This document shows, piece after piece, positions 1-8,451 of a DNA stretch of 64,000 bases; position 1 is the first letter of the stretch, and every line of letters starts with the position of its first letter. Source of the DNA: Patescibacteria group bacterium. GTDB taxonomy: Bacteria; Patescibacteriota; JABMPQ01; JAQVVF01. The notes below the pieces were generated by a model, which was not told the origin of the DNA, searched no databases, and was given only the letters and a program-made list of their open reading frames with translations. The stretch spans positions 5,735-69,734 of the forward strand of contig JBAZSC010000002.1 of NCBI GenBank assembly GCA_041662665.1. The letters are read 5' to 3'. A program made the position numbers and the translations under genes.

Positions 1-605
1 TTCAAAGATACGCCAGGCGTAATCACAAAGACATTGGCATGACGCTGATTTTCCGCTGGATCATACTCGCGAGTTACAATTGCAATTCGCAGATTGTCTG
101 TCGCAAGCGCCTTCTGGCAGATATCACGAATCGCAACAGTCTTGCCAGTTCCTGTACCTGCAACAACTCCAAATCCGCTGTTTGCCAGATCAGAAATTGC
201 AGCATCCATCTCGAGAGCTCTCACTTTTTCAAGCAATGTCAAAGGCAATTCTTCTGCTTCCAGAACAGTTGCAATGTTCACACAAGTACTTCTCGTCGGC
301 GCAATCACAACAACTCTCTGATAAAGCGCGTTAGATCTGAAGATAGCCGACCTAGCAGATCTTCTAACAATGACAATTTCATCTTCGTCATCGTCAACAA
401 CTACTGGCCGAACTGCAACTGGAACTGAAGCTTTTGAAACTGTACGACGAACTACAGCCGATCTTGCCGCAATCCTAACTGGAACTGGTCCATCATCATC
501 GTCATCATCATCGTCAGCAATTACAATACCTGTGCGTGAAGTTGGATTTGTAGGACTGGACTTTACTGCACTTGTATTCCTTGCTGGAAATCGAGAATTG
601 TTCAT
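1..605 (-). CDS. SF2 (DEAD/DEAH-like) helicase, N-terminal part; runs off the window edge
   Basis: Not in the ORF track. Manual translation from ATG 605 (SD GAGGAGG upstream) gives MNNSRFPARN..., an acidic low-complexity N-terminus, VVVIAPTR, Walker A AGTGTGKT and VFVITPG. The frame is open to base 1. Confidence 0.7.
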   Translation of the reverse strand, partial: MNNSRFPARNTSAVKSSPTNPTSRTGIVIADDDDDDDDGPVPVRIAARSAVVRRTVSKASVPVAVRPVVVDDDEDEIVIVRRSARSAIFRSNALYQRVVVIAPTRSTCVNIATVLEAEELPLTLLEKVRALEMDAAISDLANSGFGVVAGTGTGKTVAIRDICQKALATDNLRIAIVTREYDPAENQRHANVFVITPGVSL

Positions 606-841
606 CCTATCCTCCTCAAAGAAGCAGTGCAGAAAGATATTCAATGCACTGCTGGGTGTCTCTTTAGAAACCGGAAATAAAAATTAATAAATTAATCCTT
701 CTTGCCGGTTTCTAATCAAAATTATAAAGAACATAAAAAAAACAGATAAGACAATATTTAAAATAATTCAAATATTAACTTATCAGTTCAAAATTTTGAT
801 GCATTAATTTAATGCTTTGCTTACCTTAAAACCAACCTAAA

Positions 842-870
842 ATAATAGCATAATAATATTAAATTGTCAA
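842..870 (-). promoter_or_regulatory. sigma70-type promoter for the helicase gene
   Basis: TTGACA-17 nt-TATTAT on the minus strand. Confidence 0.5.
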
Positions 871-886
871 CGTTTTTAAATTTATT

Positions 887-2503
887 TTATTTCAAATCAA
901 TTCTCTGAATCTTTGCAATTACACAACAAATTTTTTCATAACTCACACTCTCCGGCAATTGATCTTTAATTGGCCTTAATCTTTGATAATCGGAAGCTTT
1001 AGCCATTGCCTGCAAAATCTGCTGTTCTTCCTGTTTTGTAATAAATTTTTCAATTTCCAAATCACCGCCACTTTTATACCATTTGATCAAATGATTAAAA
1101 ATAGTTCTTACTCCCAAAGATCTGATTTTAGCAATTTGTTCTAAAGTATGTTTTTGCTGATATAACTTAATAGTCTGTAAAACTGTATCAGAACCTGAAT
1201 GTTTAGAATTTTTGTCTTGTAAAACATCCATATCCAAATTCGCCAAAGTATTTTGCCATTTAAAATTAAAACACACATCACAGCCTTGGCAATTATTATT
1301 AATTTTATTTAAATCTAAATCTGCAAAATACTCTAAAATCATTTTTCTCCGACATTTATTATTCTCGACATATTCCACCATCTTTTCCAATTGGCGATAT
1401 TTAACATCTATGACCTGACTAATTTCCGCATAGTTCTTTCCTAATCTCTGCATTTCCTCTTTATCCTTTTGAATAAAATAATTATGCAAACCGACATCTT
1501 TTTTGCTATGCAATAAAATACAATAAGCATTTTCAGAATCGCGTCCAGCTCTGCCTGCTTCTTGATAATATCCTTCCAAACTTGCTGGCATTCCCATATG
1601 AATTACAAATCTGACATCTGCTTTATCAACTCCCATGCCAAAAGCAATCGTTGCTACAATCACTTTAAATTTATTTTCCATAAAATCGTTTTGCATCTGC
1701 GATCTTTGCAAAGGTTGCATTCCTGCATGATAAAACGTCGCCTTAATATTATTTTCACACAAAAAAGCAGCTGTCTCTTCTGCTTCTTTTCGAGTCAAAG
1801 TATAAACAATTCCACTGCCTTGCAAAGATTTTACAATCCTCAAAACTTCATTAGGTCTTTGACCTGCTTTTAAATTAGCTTGAACAAAAAATTTCAAATT
1901 CTGCCGATTAAATCCAGCTGTAAAAATTTTTGGATCCTGCAATTCTAATCTTTTGATAATATCTTGCTTAACTTCTGGCGTAGCTGTCGCTGTAAATGCT
2001 CCCACAATTGGCCTATTTTTTAATTCTTTAATGCAATTTTTAATCAGCATATAATCCGGCCGAAAATCATGACCCCAAGCTGAAACACAATGCGCTTCAT
2101 CAATTGCTAATAGAAAAATATCTAATGTTTTCAAAAATTCAATAAAATTTTTCTGACTTAATCTTTCTGGAGCAATATATAAAATTTTTATCTTTTTCAT
2201 TTTAATCTCTGCCATCCTCGCTTCAATCTCTTCAAAACTCAAAGAGCTGTTAATAAAAACCGCCTCAATTCCTCTAGCTTTCAGTGCATCAACTTGGTCT
2301 TTCATCAACGCAATCAATGGCGAAATAATTACAGTTAATTTATCGCTCAAAATCGCTGGCAATTGATAACATAAAGATTTACCACCGCCTGTTGGCATCA
2401 ATGCCAAAACATCTTTGCGAGCCAAAATGCTTTCGACAATTTCTTTCTGCCCTTGCCGAAAGTTTGAAAAATTAAAATATTTTTCTAAATATTGTTCTAA
2501 CAT
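887..2503 (-). CDS. recQ: RecQ family ATP-dependent DNA helicase with C-terminal HTH
   Basis: MPTGGGKSLCYQ, DEAHCVSAWGHDFRPDY, YYQEAGRAGRD and Zn motif CRR...CQGCDVC. Confidence 0.93.
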   Translation of the reverse strand: MLEQYLEKYFNFSNFRQGQKEIVESILARKDVLALMPTGGGKSLCYQLPAILSDKLTVIISPLIALMKDQVDALKARGIEAVFINSSLSFEEIEARMAEIKMKKIKILYIAPERLSQKNFIEFLKTLDIFLLAIDEAHCVSAWGHDFRPDYMLIKNCIKELKNRPIVGAFTATATPEVKQDIIKRLELQDPKIFTAGFNRQNLKFFVQANLKAGQRPNEVLRIVKSLQGSGIVYTLTRKEAEETAAFLCENNIKATFYHAGMQPLQRSQMQNDFMENKFKVIVATIAFGMGVDKADVRFVIHMGMPASLEGYYQEAGRAGRDSENAYCILLHSKKDVGLHNYFIQKDKEEMQRLGKNYAEISQVIDVKYRQLEKMVEYVENNKCRRKMILEYFADLDLNKINNNCQGCDVCFNFKWQNTLANLDMDVLQDKNSKHSGSDTVLQTIKLYQQKHTLEQIAKIRSLGVRTIFNHLIKWYKSGGDLEIEKFITKQEEQQILQAMAKASDYQRLRPIKDQLPESVSYEKICCVIAKIQRIDLK

Positions 2504-2553
2504 ATCTAAAAAATTATGCCTAAAAAATTAATTATTTTAAAATTATTTGCAAT

Positions 2554-3129
2554 TTATAACTCATTTAATAATCTTGCTAATTCAATATCTTTTTTATCAA
2601 TACTTTTTAAAATCTGCTCAACTTCTAAACCCATCTCCTCTAAATTACCTTTTTGTTCGATTTTGCTATGCTTTAATTTATTCTCCACAATATCCAAAGC
2701 CATATTCAAAAAATCCATTCTTTGCTGCAATAATTTGGTATCTCTTGTCTCCCAATATTCTCCTTCATCTTCAACATCCATCTTTATTAAATAATTCTTT
2801 TTTAAATAATCTAGCAATTTTATTACAATTAAATGCGTTTTAACTCCAGCGAATTGTGTCTTAATAAAACTGCCAAACTCTGGTTTGCCAACTAAATTTT
2901 CTTTATAAATCACAGAACCAGGATCAACAATATAGCCATCTTGATTAAAAATAATAGAAAAACTTTCTGCTCGCGGATGCAGTTCCAATACAATTCCCTG
3001 ATAACCATTTTCATTTATTAAAAAATATTGCCAATTTTTCTTTTTACTCAGAAAAATTAACTTTTTTTGCAAATCAGGAATTAATTTTTTGTCTTTTATT
3101 TTACCAGAATAATAGATAGTCAAACCCAT
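2554..3129 (-). CDS. hypothetical protein
   Basis: 191-aa ORF co-oriented with its neighbours; no recognised motif. Confidence 0.7.
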   Translation of the reverse strand: MGLTIYYSGKIKDKKLIPDLQKKLIFLSKKKNWQYFLINENGYQGIVLELHPRAESFSIIFNQDGYIVDPGSVIYKENLVGKPEFGSFIKTQFAGVKTHLIVIKLLDYLKKNYLIKMDVEDEGEYWETRDTKLLQQRMDFLNMALDIVENKLKHSKIEQKGNLEEMGLEVEQILKSIDKKDIELARLLNEL

Positions 3130-3169
3130 AAAAATATTTTAAACCCAATCTTCTTTATAATATGTATGA

Positions 3170-3460
3170 TTATTTTTTATTTTTCTCAACTATTTTTTTA
3201 TAGAAATTAACATTATATTTTTTTCCATCCTCAGCAGTATGCTGGAATTTCCGGCATGCTGACTTTTCCGCTAATTCTCCTTCTTTAAACACATTTCCTA
3301 TATGTTCAGTAATAGTTTTTCTGTTTTTATCAAAAAGCTCCGACATTTGTTTCTGGGTAAGCCAAACTGTCTCGTCTTTCATTTGGACTTCAACTTTTGT
3401 CTGCCCGTCTTCAGCGTTGTAAATAATGATTTGATTATTTTTTTCTGTCTGATTTTTCAT
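3170..3460 (-). pseudogene. truncated RhuM-family (virulence/DNA-binding) protein, N-terminal fragment
   Basis: IIIY..EDG...ETVWLTQKQMSELF...TITEHIGNVFKEGEL...CRKFQHTAEDGKKY matches the RhuM N-terminus. It stops at 96 aa, where the family normally continues. Confidence 0.7.
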
Positions 3461-3475
3461 ATTAATTAATTTTTT

Positions 3476-3955
3476 TTAATTCAACCTCCAAACCGCAAAA
3501 TTCAATATTGTAGCAAAAGAAACCCACAGTAAATATGGAATCAAAATCAAACCTGCTTTTTTATCAATTTTATAAAATAAATAGATATTATAAACAATCA
3601 ACAGCCACATAATCACAATATCAATTAAGCCTAAAATTGGACTTCGCAAACCAAAAAACAAAACAGACCAAATTGCATTTATTACTAATTGAATTATAAA
3701 AATATAAAAAGCGAATAAAACATTTTTATTTTTCAATCCCTTTTGCCAGATCCAATACAATGCAATTGCCATCAAAAAATAAAGTAAAGTCCAAGCTGGC
3801 CCAAATAACCAATTTGGCGGACTAAAAAATGGCTTGTTCAAATTAACATACCAATCCTTAATTGCTGAAATTGTAAAAAAACTTCCAATTATTCCAGCGC
3901 CTTCGCAGATAATTAATGCAATGATAAAACGAAAAATGTTTGGTTTTTGTTTCAT
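3476..3955 (-). CDS. tspO: TspO/MBR tryptophan-rich sensory protein
   Basis: WY..LNKPFFSPPNWLFGPAWTLLY and LIPYLLWVSFATILN. Confidence 0.93.
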   Translation of the reverse strand: MKQKPNIFRFIIALIICEGAGIIGSFFTISAIKDWYVNLNKPFFSPPNWLFGPAWTLLYFLMAIALYWIWQKGLKNKNVLFAFYIFIIQLVINAIWSVLFFGLRSPILGLIDIVIMWLLIVYNIYLFYKIDKKAGLILIPYLLWVSFATILNFAVWRLN

Positions 3956-3974
3956 AGGTTTTGTTTTAATTTAT

Positions 3975-4559
3975 TTATAAATTATTTTTTTTAATTATAT
4001 CTTCAGTCTCTTCCATTGCAATTTCAAGCCAAATCAAAATATATTGCCGTAGATGATCACCAGGAAATACATCACCCCTCCGAATATGCTTAAGTCCGCC
4101 ATTCGTTACAACTGTAAGCAATAATTTACTATTAAATTTAGTCGCTTTTCTTTTTCGCTTTTCATAAATATTTCTGTATTCTTCACAACGCATCTTTATT
4201 AATCCACTCCACATATCCACAAATCCTTGCTGAATTCCAATTTCCAACAAAAAATTTATAAACTTTTCTTCAACATCAGTCCTCAATTTTAATAACGTAT
4301 CCTTTTTATTAGATACAGCAAAATTAGATTTTTGTTCTAGCAACAAGATAACTAATGCCAAAACCGTCACCTGCAATTCATTAAATATTCTATCTTGCTC
4401 GACTCTATCAATATTTGAAAAATCAACCAATTCTCTTACCCTTTTATCTTTATAGACATGAAATGCAGAACCGCTAACCAGTTCAACAATCTCCTGCGCA
4501 ATTTTTTCATTGGACGAAAAGTTCAAAAAACTAAAATTCAACAAATTTTTTACTTTCAT
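3975..4559 (-). CDS. hypothetical protein
   Basis: 194-aa ORF, closely spaced in an operon-like arrangement. Confidence 0.7.
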   Translation of the reverse strand: MKVKNLLNFSFLNFSSNEKIAQEIVELVSGSAFHVYKDKRVRELVDFSNIDRVEQDRIFNELQVTVLALVILLLEQKSNFAVSNKKDTLLKLRTDVEEKFINFLLEIGIQQGFVDMWSGLIKMRCEEYRNIYEKRKRKATKFNSKLLLTVVTNGGLKHIRRGDVFPGDHLRQYILIWLEIAMEETEDIIKKNNL

Positions 4560-4575
4560 TTTATTAAATTAATTT

Positions 4576-4758
4576 TCATCTTTTTTCCTCTTCTTCATCA
4601 AACATTTCTCCACGAACCAAAGATCCTTGCTCTTTAGCTTGTTTAAAAGCTTCTTTCAATTCTCCCATTTCTAATTCTCTTCCTTCTTCCTGTGCCTTTT
4701 TTGCAACTTGGCAAATTGGACAATCATCAAAAAATTCTTGGTTATGTTCATGTGACAT
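4576..4758 (-). CDS. small acidic hypothetical protein with a CPIC motif
   Basis: 60-aa ORF, MSHEH...DDCPICQ. Confidence 0.6.
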   Translation of the reverse strand: MSHEHNQEFFDDCPICQVAKKAQEEGRELEMGELKEAFKQAKEQGSLVRGEMFDEEEEKR

Positions 4759-4810
4759 AATTTTTTATTTTAATGAATTAATAATTTTATTATACTAAAT
4801 TATTTTAACA

Positions 4811-4836
4811 AAAAAAATCCCCATTACAGAGGATTT
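4811..4836 (-). terminator. intrinsic terminator
   Basis: AAATCCTC/GGGGATTT stem followed by a T-tract on the minus strand. Confidence 0.6.
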
Positions 4837-4847
4837 CAAAGAACATT

Positions 4848-5585
4848 TTATTCACTTGAAAAAGGAGTGCAATTCGATCTAAGATTTACAATCTTTTCCA
4901 CTAAATCTTTTTTATCAATATCTGTTTTTCTTTTATCATCAGCCCAAATAAAAACAACCCACCGATCAATTTTATCATATCCACTAGCAGAAACTAATGA
5001 CCTAAATTCCATTCTGTATTTTTTCTGATCTAAATAAACTTCAAAAGAAACTGTACAAAAATGATTTTTTCCTCTGCAAACAACTTCAACATGTTTATTA
5101 TAATAGGCAAAACATCTATAGCGCACTAAAGAAAGTTCTGACCTCACAAAATTTCTTGTATCTTCATTTACCTCTTTATCTTTATCCAACATCACTCTAA
5201 TCCAATTTATTTTTATTTTTCGTTTCAAAACTTTTTTGTCGGAAACAATTTCATCATTTGTTTCTATCACTCTAAACTTATTGCGTTCTACATAAGGTAC
5301 GCTTAGCAATGAAGGATTAATATGTTCAGTTTCATCTTCAGTCTTTCGATAATTTGTTTTTTCAACAATGACAACTTCTTTTTCCGACCAATTAATCCCT
5401 AATCCAAGAATTAGAAATATGATTGTTAAAATAACAAAGCTTAAAAATTCTATTCTTTTTCTCATCCATAAAAAAACAAACCTATCTTTAATTTGCGCTT
5501 TCTTGCCTTTTATTAATTCCGCCATAATAGGCCTAAAACTATTTACAACAACTTTAACAAAGCTAATTTGCCTATTTAACCACAT
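4848..5585 (-). CDS. hypothetical protein with one transmembrane segment
   Basis: 245-aa ORF with strong SD AAGGAGG and hydrophobic stretch FLSFVILTIIFLILGLGI. Confidence 0.7.
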   Translation of the reverse strand: MWLNRQISFVKVVVNSFRPIMAELIKGKKAQIKDRFVFLWMRKRIEFLSFVILTIIFLILGLGINWSEKEVVIVEKTNYRKTEDETEHINPSLLSVPYVERNKFRVIETNDEIVSDKKVLKRKIKINWIRVMLDKDKEVNEDTRNFVRSELSLVRYRCFAYYNKHVEVVCRGKNHFCTVSFEVYLDQKKYRMEFRSLVSASGYDKIDRWVVFIWADDKRKTDIDKKDLVEKIVNLRSNCTPFSSE

Positions 5586-5739
5586 CTTGTCCCTCCTTTT
5601 TCAAAGAACGATATTTATATTTAAAAAAATTTGAAATTTATATTTATTATAATTTTATTTAACAACAAAATCAACGAAAGCGAAACGAAAATTCGAAAAA
5701 AGTATTCGCTTATATTCGCAAAAGCATTAGAGTGAGGCC

Positions 5740-5764
5740 AAAAAAAAGAAGCCATAACAGCTTC
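5740..5764 (-). terminator. intrinsic terminator
   Basis: GAAGCTGT/ATGGCTTC stem plus T8. Confidence 0.6.
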
Positions 5765-5778
5765 AATACAAAGAACGC

Positions 5779-5973
5779 TTAACCTCTGATTTTCAAAAAA
5801 TATTCCATCTTATCTCTTGGCCTCATGCGAGTTGGACGAAACTTTCGTTGAGTTTTTGATTCAAACGGAACATCATTTCGTCTTTCTTTCATCAAGCAAA
5901 CATCGGAATTTTCTGAAATCGGCTCAAGAATATGAAAGAAAAAAATCAACAAAACATCATCTGCGCTCAACAT
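5779..5973 (-). CDS. small hypothetical protein
   Basis: 64 aa; overlaps the upstream stop, has a GAGG SD and is followed by a terminator. Confidence 0.5.
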   Translation of the reverse strand: MLSADDVLLIFFFHILEPISENSDVCLMKERRNDVPFESKTQRKFRPTRMRPRDKMEYFLKIRG

Positions 5974-6335
5974 TTTTGTACCTCCTCTCTTGTTCTCTCT
6001 GGCACAATCAAATACTCATGTCTTAATCTCTTTCCCAAAAATAATGCATAAAAATCGCCATCAATATCAGCTAACCTGTTATCAGAAGATACAACATAAT
6101 TCCAATTCTGCGCGCAAGTCAGATCCTGAAAAGGATTAAACTTGCTCACAACTTGGCAATCACATTCAATCTTCAATACTCTAAAAAACACAATCAATCT
6201 TCCAATGTTGATTCTTCTCACACTATTTGAATCCAAATTGTTGGTTTCAACTATGGCACGAGTTTGAGAAAAATCATGTCCATTTTGACAACAATCCCGA
6301 GTACACAATTGCTGAAAAAATACCTCCACTTTCAT
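5967..6335 (-). CDS. hypothetical protein with a CDC motif (DUF2695-like)
   Basis: C..NGH...FF..L.IECDCQVV; SD GGAGG; similar to the upstream ORF. Confidence 0.6.
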   Translation of the reverse strand: MKVEVFFQQLCTRDCCQNGHDFSQTRAIVETNNLDSNSVRRINIGRLIVFFRVLKIECDCQVVSKFNPFQDLTCAQNWNYVVSSDNRLADIDGDFYALFLGKRLRHEYLIVPERTREEVQKC

Positions 6336-6336
6336 C

Positions 6337-6684
6337 TCAAGCCTCCTTTGAACCCAATCTCAACAAAAAAGGAAAGCTATTAGGAGCAAATTCTTTTGGA
6401 AATTCATCTTCTCTTCGAAACCAAACCACAAATCCCCTTCCATTAATTCTCCTTGAAACACCTTGCGTGCACAATTTCCATTGTTCAGACAAATATTCAT
6501 TTTCCAAACTCAAACAGATAATTTGACAATCACATCTCACTCCAATTTCCATCAAAAATTCAATCACCCTATTGGTCATCAAAGAATGTTCCAATGCAAT
6601 CTCTCTAGCCAGAACTAACCCATGCTTGCCATTATGACAATATTTGCCTCTAGAAACCAGCTCAACGAATTCTCCGAACTCCAT
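6337..6684 (-). CDS. hypothetical protein with a CDC motif (DUF2695-like)
   Basis: Start reassigned to ATG 6684 behind SD GGAGG; YCHNGKH...FLMEIGVRCDCQII. Confidence 0.6.
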   Translation of the reverse strand: MEFGEFVELVSRGKYCHNGKHGLVLAREIALEHSLMTNRVIEFLMEIGVRCDCQIICLSLENEYLSEQWKLCTQGVSRRINGRGFVVWFRREDEFPKEFAPNSFPFLLRLGSKEA

Positions 6685-6700
6685 TTCCTTTCCCTCCATT

Positions 6701-6749
6701 GCCCGCCGTAGCTTCAGCGAAGGTGGGCAAGCCGCCATATCCTTGGCGG
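6701..6749. repeat. REP-like palindromic element (CCGCCGxAG...CGAAGGyGG family)
   Basis: GCCCGCCGTAGCTTCAGCGAAGGTGGGC, related to the copies at 47318 and 62278. Confidence 0.65.
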
Positions 6750-6815
6750 ACTTTCTGTCCATCGCGCTATTTTAAGAACAAAAAAATGACATCAAATGTC
6801 AAAGAACATATCGAT

Positions 6816-6843
6816 AGTATATCTTAATTAAATATTTTGTCAA
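6816..6843 (-). promoter_or_regulatory. sigma70-type promoter
   Basis: TTGACA-16 nt-TATACT. Confidence 0.6.
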
Positions 6844-6923
6844 GAAAAGAATCCACAAAATAAAGCTGAATTTTTCTTATCATATCTTAAAAAATAAAAA
6901 GGAACTATAAAATAGTTCCAAAA

Positions 6924-7310
6924 TTAGTGCGACCAATGTTCTTCAAAAGGACCAGTTGCTCGTAAATCGCCATGCGAATTATATTGAGCTCCTCTCAAAC
7001 CAAGCAAAGCACGTGCCATAGCCAATCTTTGTTCACGTTCCAATAATTCTTTCTCAAATACTACCGCAACTACTCCTCCATGCTTCATCACATATTCACG
7101 CTCCAACTGCAATTCTTTCTTCAACTCCAATATTTTTTCACGAGGAAAATTTGCATTATCAATTTCCTCTTCGCTAAAAAAAACAAAGATAATCATTCCA
7201 TCCTTAACACTTTGACACCAACGTTCCTCCCACCACTTTATTACTTTTTCTCTCATTTCCATAGGCCATTCTGCTTTCTCAAAATCTTCACGATTCTTGA
7301 TTTCTATCAT
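6924..7310 (-). CDS. hypothetical protein
   Basis: 128 aa; SD AAGGAGG preceded by a GCAGGC/GCCTGC hairpin. Confidence 0.65.
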   Translation of the reverse strand: MIEIKNREDFEKAEWPMEMREKVIKWWEERWCQSVKDGMIIFVFFSEEEIDNANFPREKILELKKELQLEREYVMKHGGVVAVVFEKELLEREQRLAMARALLGLRGAQYNSHGDLRATGPFEEHWSH

Positions 7311-7418
7311 CTCTCTTCCTCCTTCGCAGGCAATTCGCCTGCTTTTTCTACCGCACTAAAATAAAAAGAGCTCTCTTGTACAAAACAGGAGAGCTCATTA
7401 TTTTTATAAATACCAAAC

Positions 7419-7742
7419 TCACCTCTTTTGCACAGAAAGTAAAGTTTGATGATGATTCTTTTTATTTAATCTATCTAAAACTAATCTATAACCATTCATT
7501 CCATTATTTAACCATTTCGAAATTCTGGCAATTGTCCGAGAACTCAAACCAGTCTGTTTTACTATTTTTGTATAAGAAATTTTTCGATCTAACATTTGCA
7601 CTGCTTGCCAACGATTGCCAAATTCGATAATTTCAGCTTCTGTCAAAAGATCGCGCAAAAAACATTTTGCTTCTTTTTCATTTTTCAACATTAGCAAAGT
7701 TCGAATTAATTGACTGGTTTTCTTATTCTGCCATTTTAGCAT
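7419..7742 (-). CDS. YerC/YecD family TrpR-related protein
   Basis: FLRDLLTEAEI...RWQAVQML...SY..I...TGLSSRTIARISKWL..GMNGY. Confidence 0.88.
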   Translation of the reverse strand: MLKWQNKKTSQLIRTLLMLKNEKEAKCFLRDLLTEAEIIEFGNRWQAVQMLDRKISYTKIVKQTGLSSRTIARISKWLNNGMNGYRLVLDRLNKKNHHQTLLSVQKR

Positions 7743-7867
7743 AAATATAATTTACTTTAGTAAAGTGATTTACTTAAATAAAGTATAGCAAAATAATAAT
7801 TGCTGTCAAGAGATTTTCAAATAAACAAAAAAGAGCCTTTCGACTCTTTTAATTTTAATTCAGATTA

Positions 7868-8347
7868 TTATATACCTTTTTCTTTTTCAGAATAAAGATA
7901 ATCATAATCTATTTTTTTATATTCAAACAATTCATCATTATTGAAAAATCTGAATACTTCTTTTTCGGCATTTTCAGGACTGTCAGATGCATGAACAATA
8001 TTGCTTGATCCAGATATGCATAAATCACCTCTTATACTGCCAGCATCAGCTTCATAACCTTTAGTTGGACCAACTAATAAACGAACAGCTGAAATCGCAT
8101 TATAGCCTTCCAAAACTGCTGCAACACAAGGCGCACTTTTCATAAAACCCTTTAAGTCATTAAAAAATGGTTTATCTTTATGATGCGCATAATGTTCATC
8201 CAATAATACATCGCTTAATTGCATCATTTTCAAAGCTGTAATTTTTAATCCTTTTTTTTCAAAACGAGAAATAACCTCGCCTAAAAGATTTCTCTGCAAA
8301 CCATCTGGCTTAATTATAACTAATGTTCTTTCAATTTTATCTGGCAT
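7868..8347 (-). CDS. ndk: nucleoside-diphosphate kinase
   Basis: ERTLVIIKPDG, HYAHH..KPFF, GSIRGD and NIVHASDS. Confidence 0.95.
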   Translation of the reverse strand: MPDKIERTLVIIKPDGLQRNLLGEVISRFEKKGLKITALKMMQLSDVLLDEHYAHHKDKPFFNDLKGFMKSAPCVAAVLEGYNAISAVRLLVGPTKGYEADAGSIRGDLCISGSSNIVHASDSPENAEKEVFRFFNNDELFEYKKIDYDYLYSEKEKGI

Positions 8348-8451
8348 AATTTAAACAATTCAAAATTAAAAAATCAAAATTAAAAATAAATTTCTAATTC
8401 CTGAATTTCTAATTTCATAATTTATTAATTTTACTTATTTTACAAATTTTA

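Noticed and set aside
39-687. Plus-strand ORFs 39-428, 80-334, 94-321 and 370-687
   Set aside because: They are shadows of the minus-strand helicase gene, which has an SD and a Walker A motif.
6685-6762. N-terminal extension MDRKS...PPSLKLRRA of the 6337 ORF
   Set aside because: It is a translation of the REP-like element; the SD points to ATG 6684.
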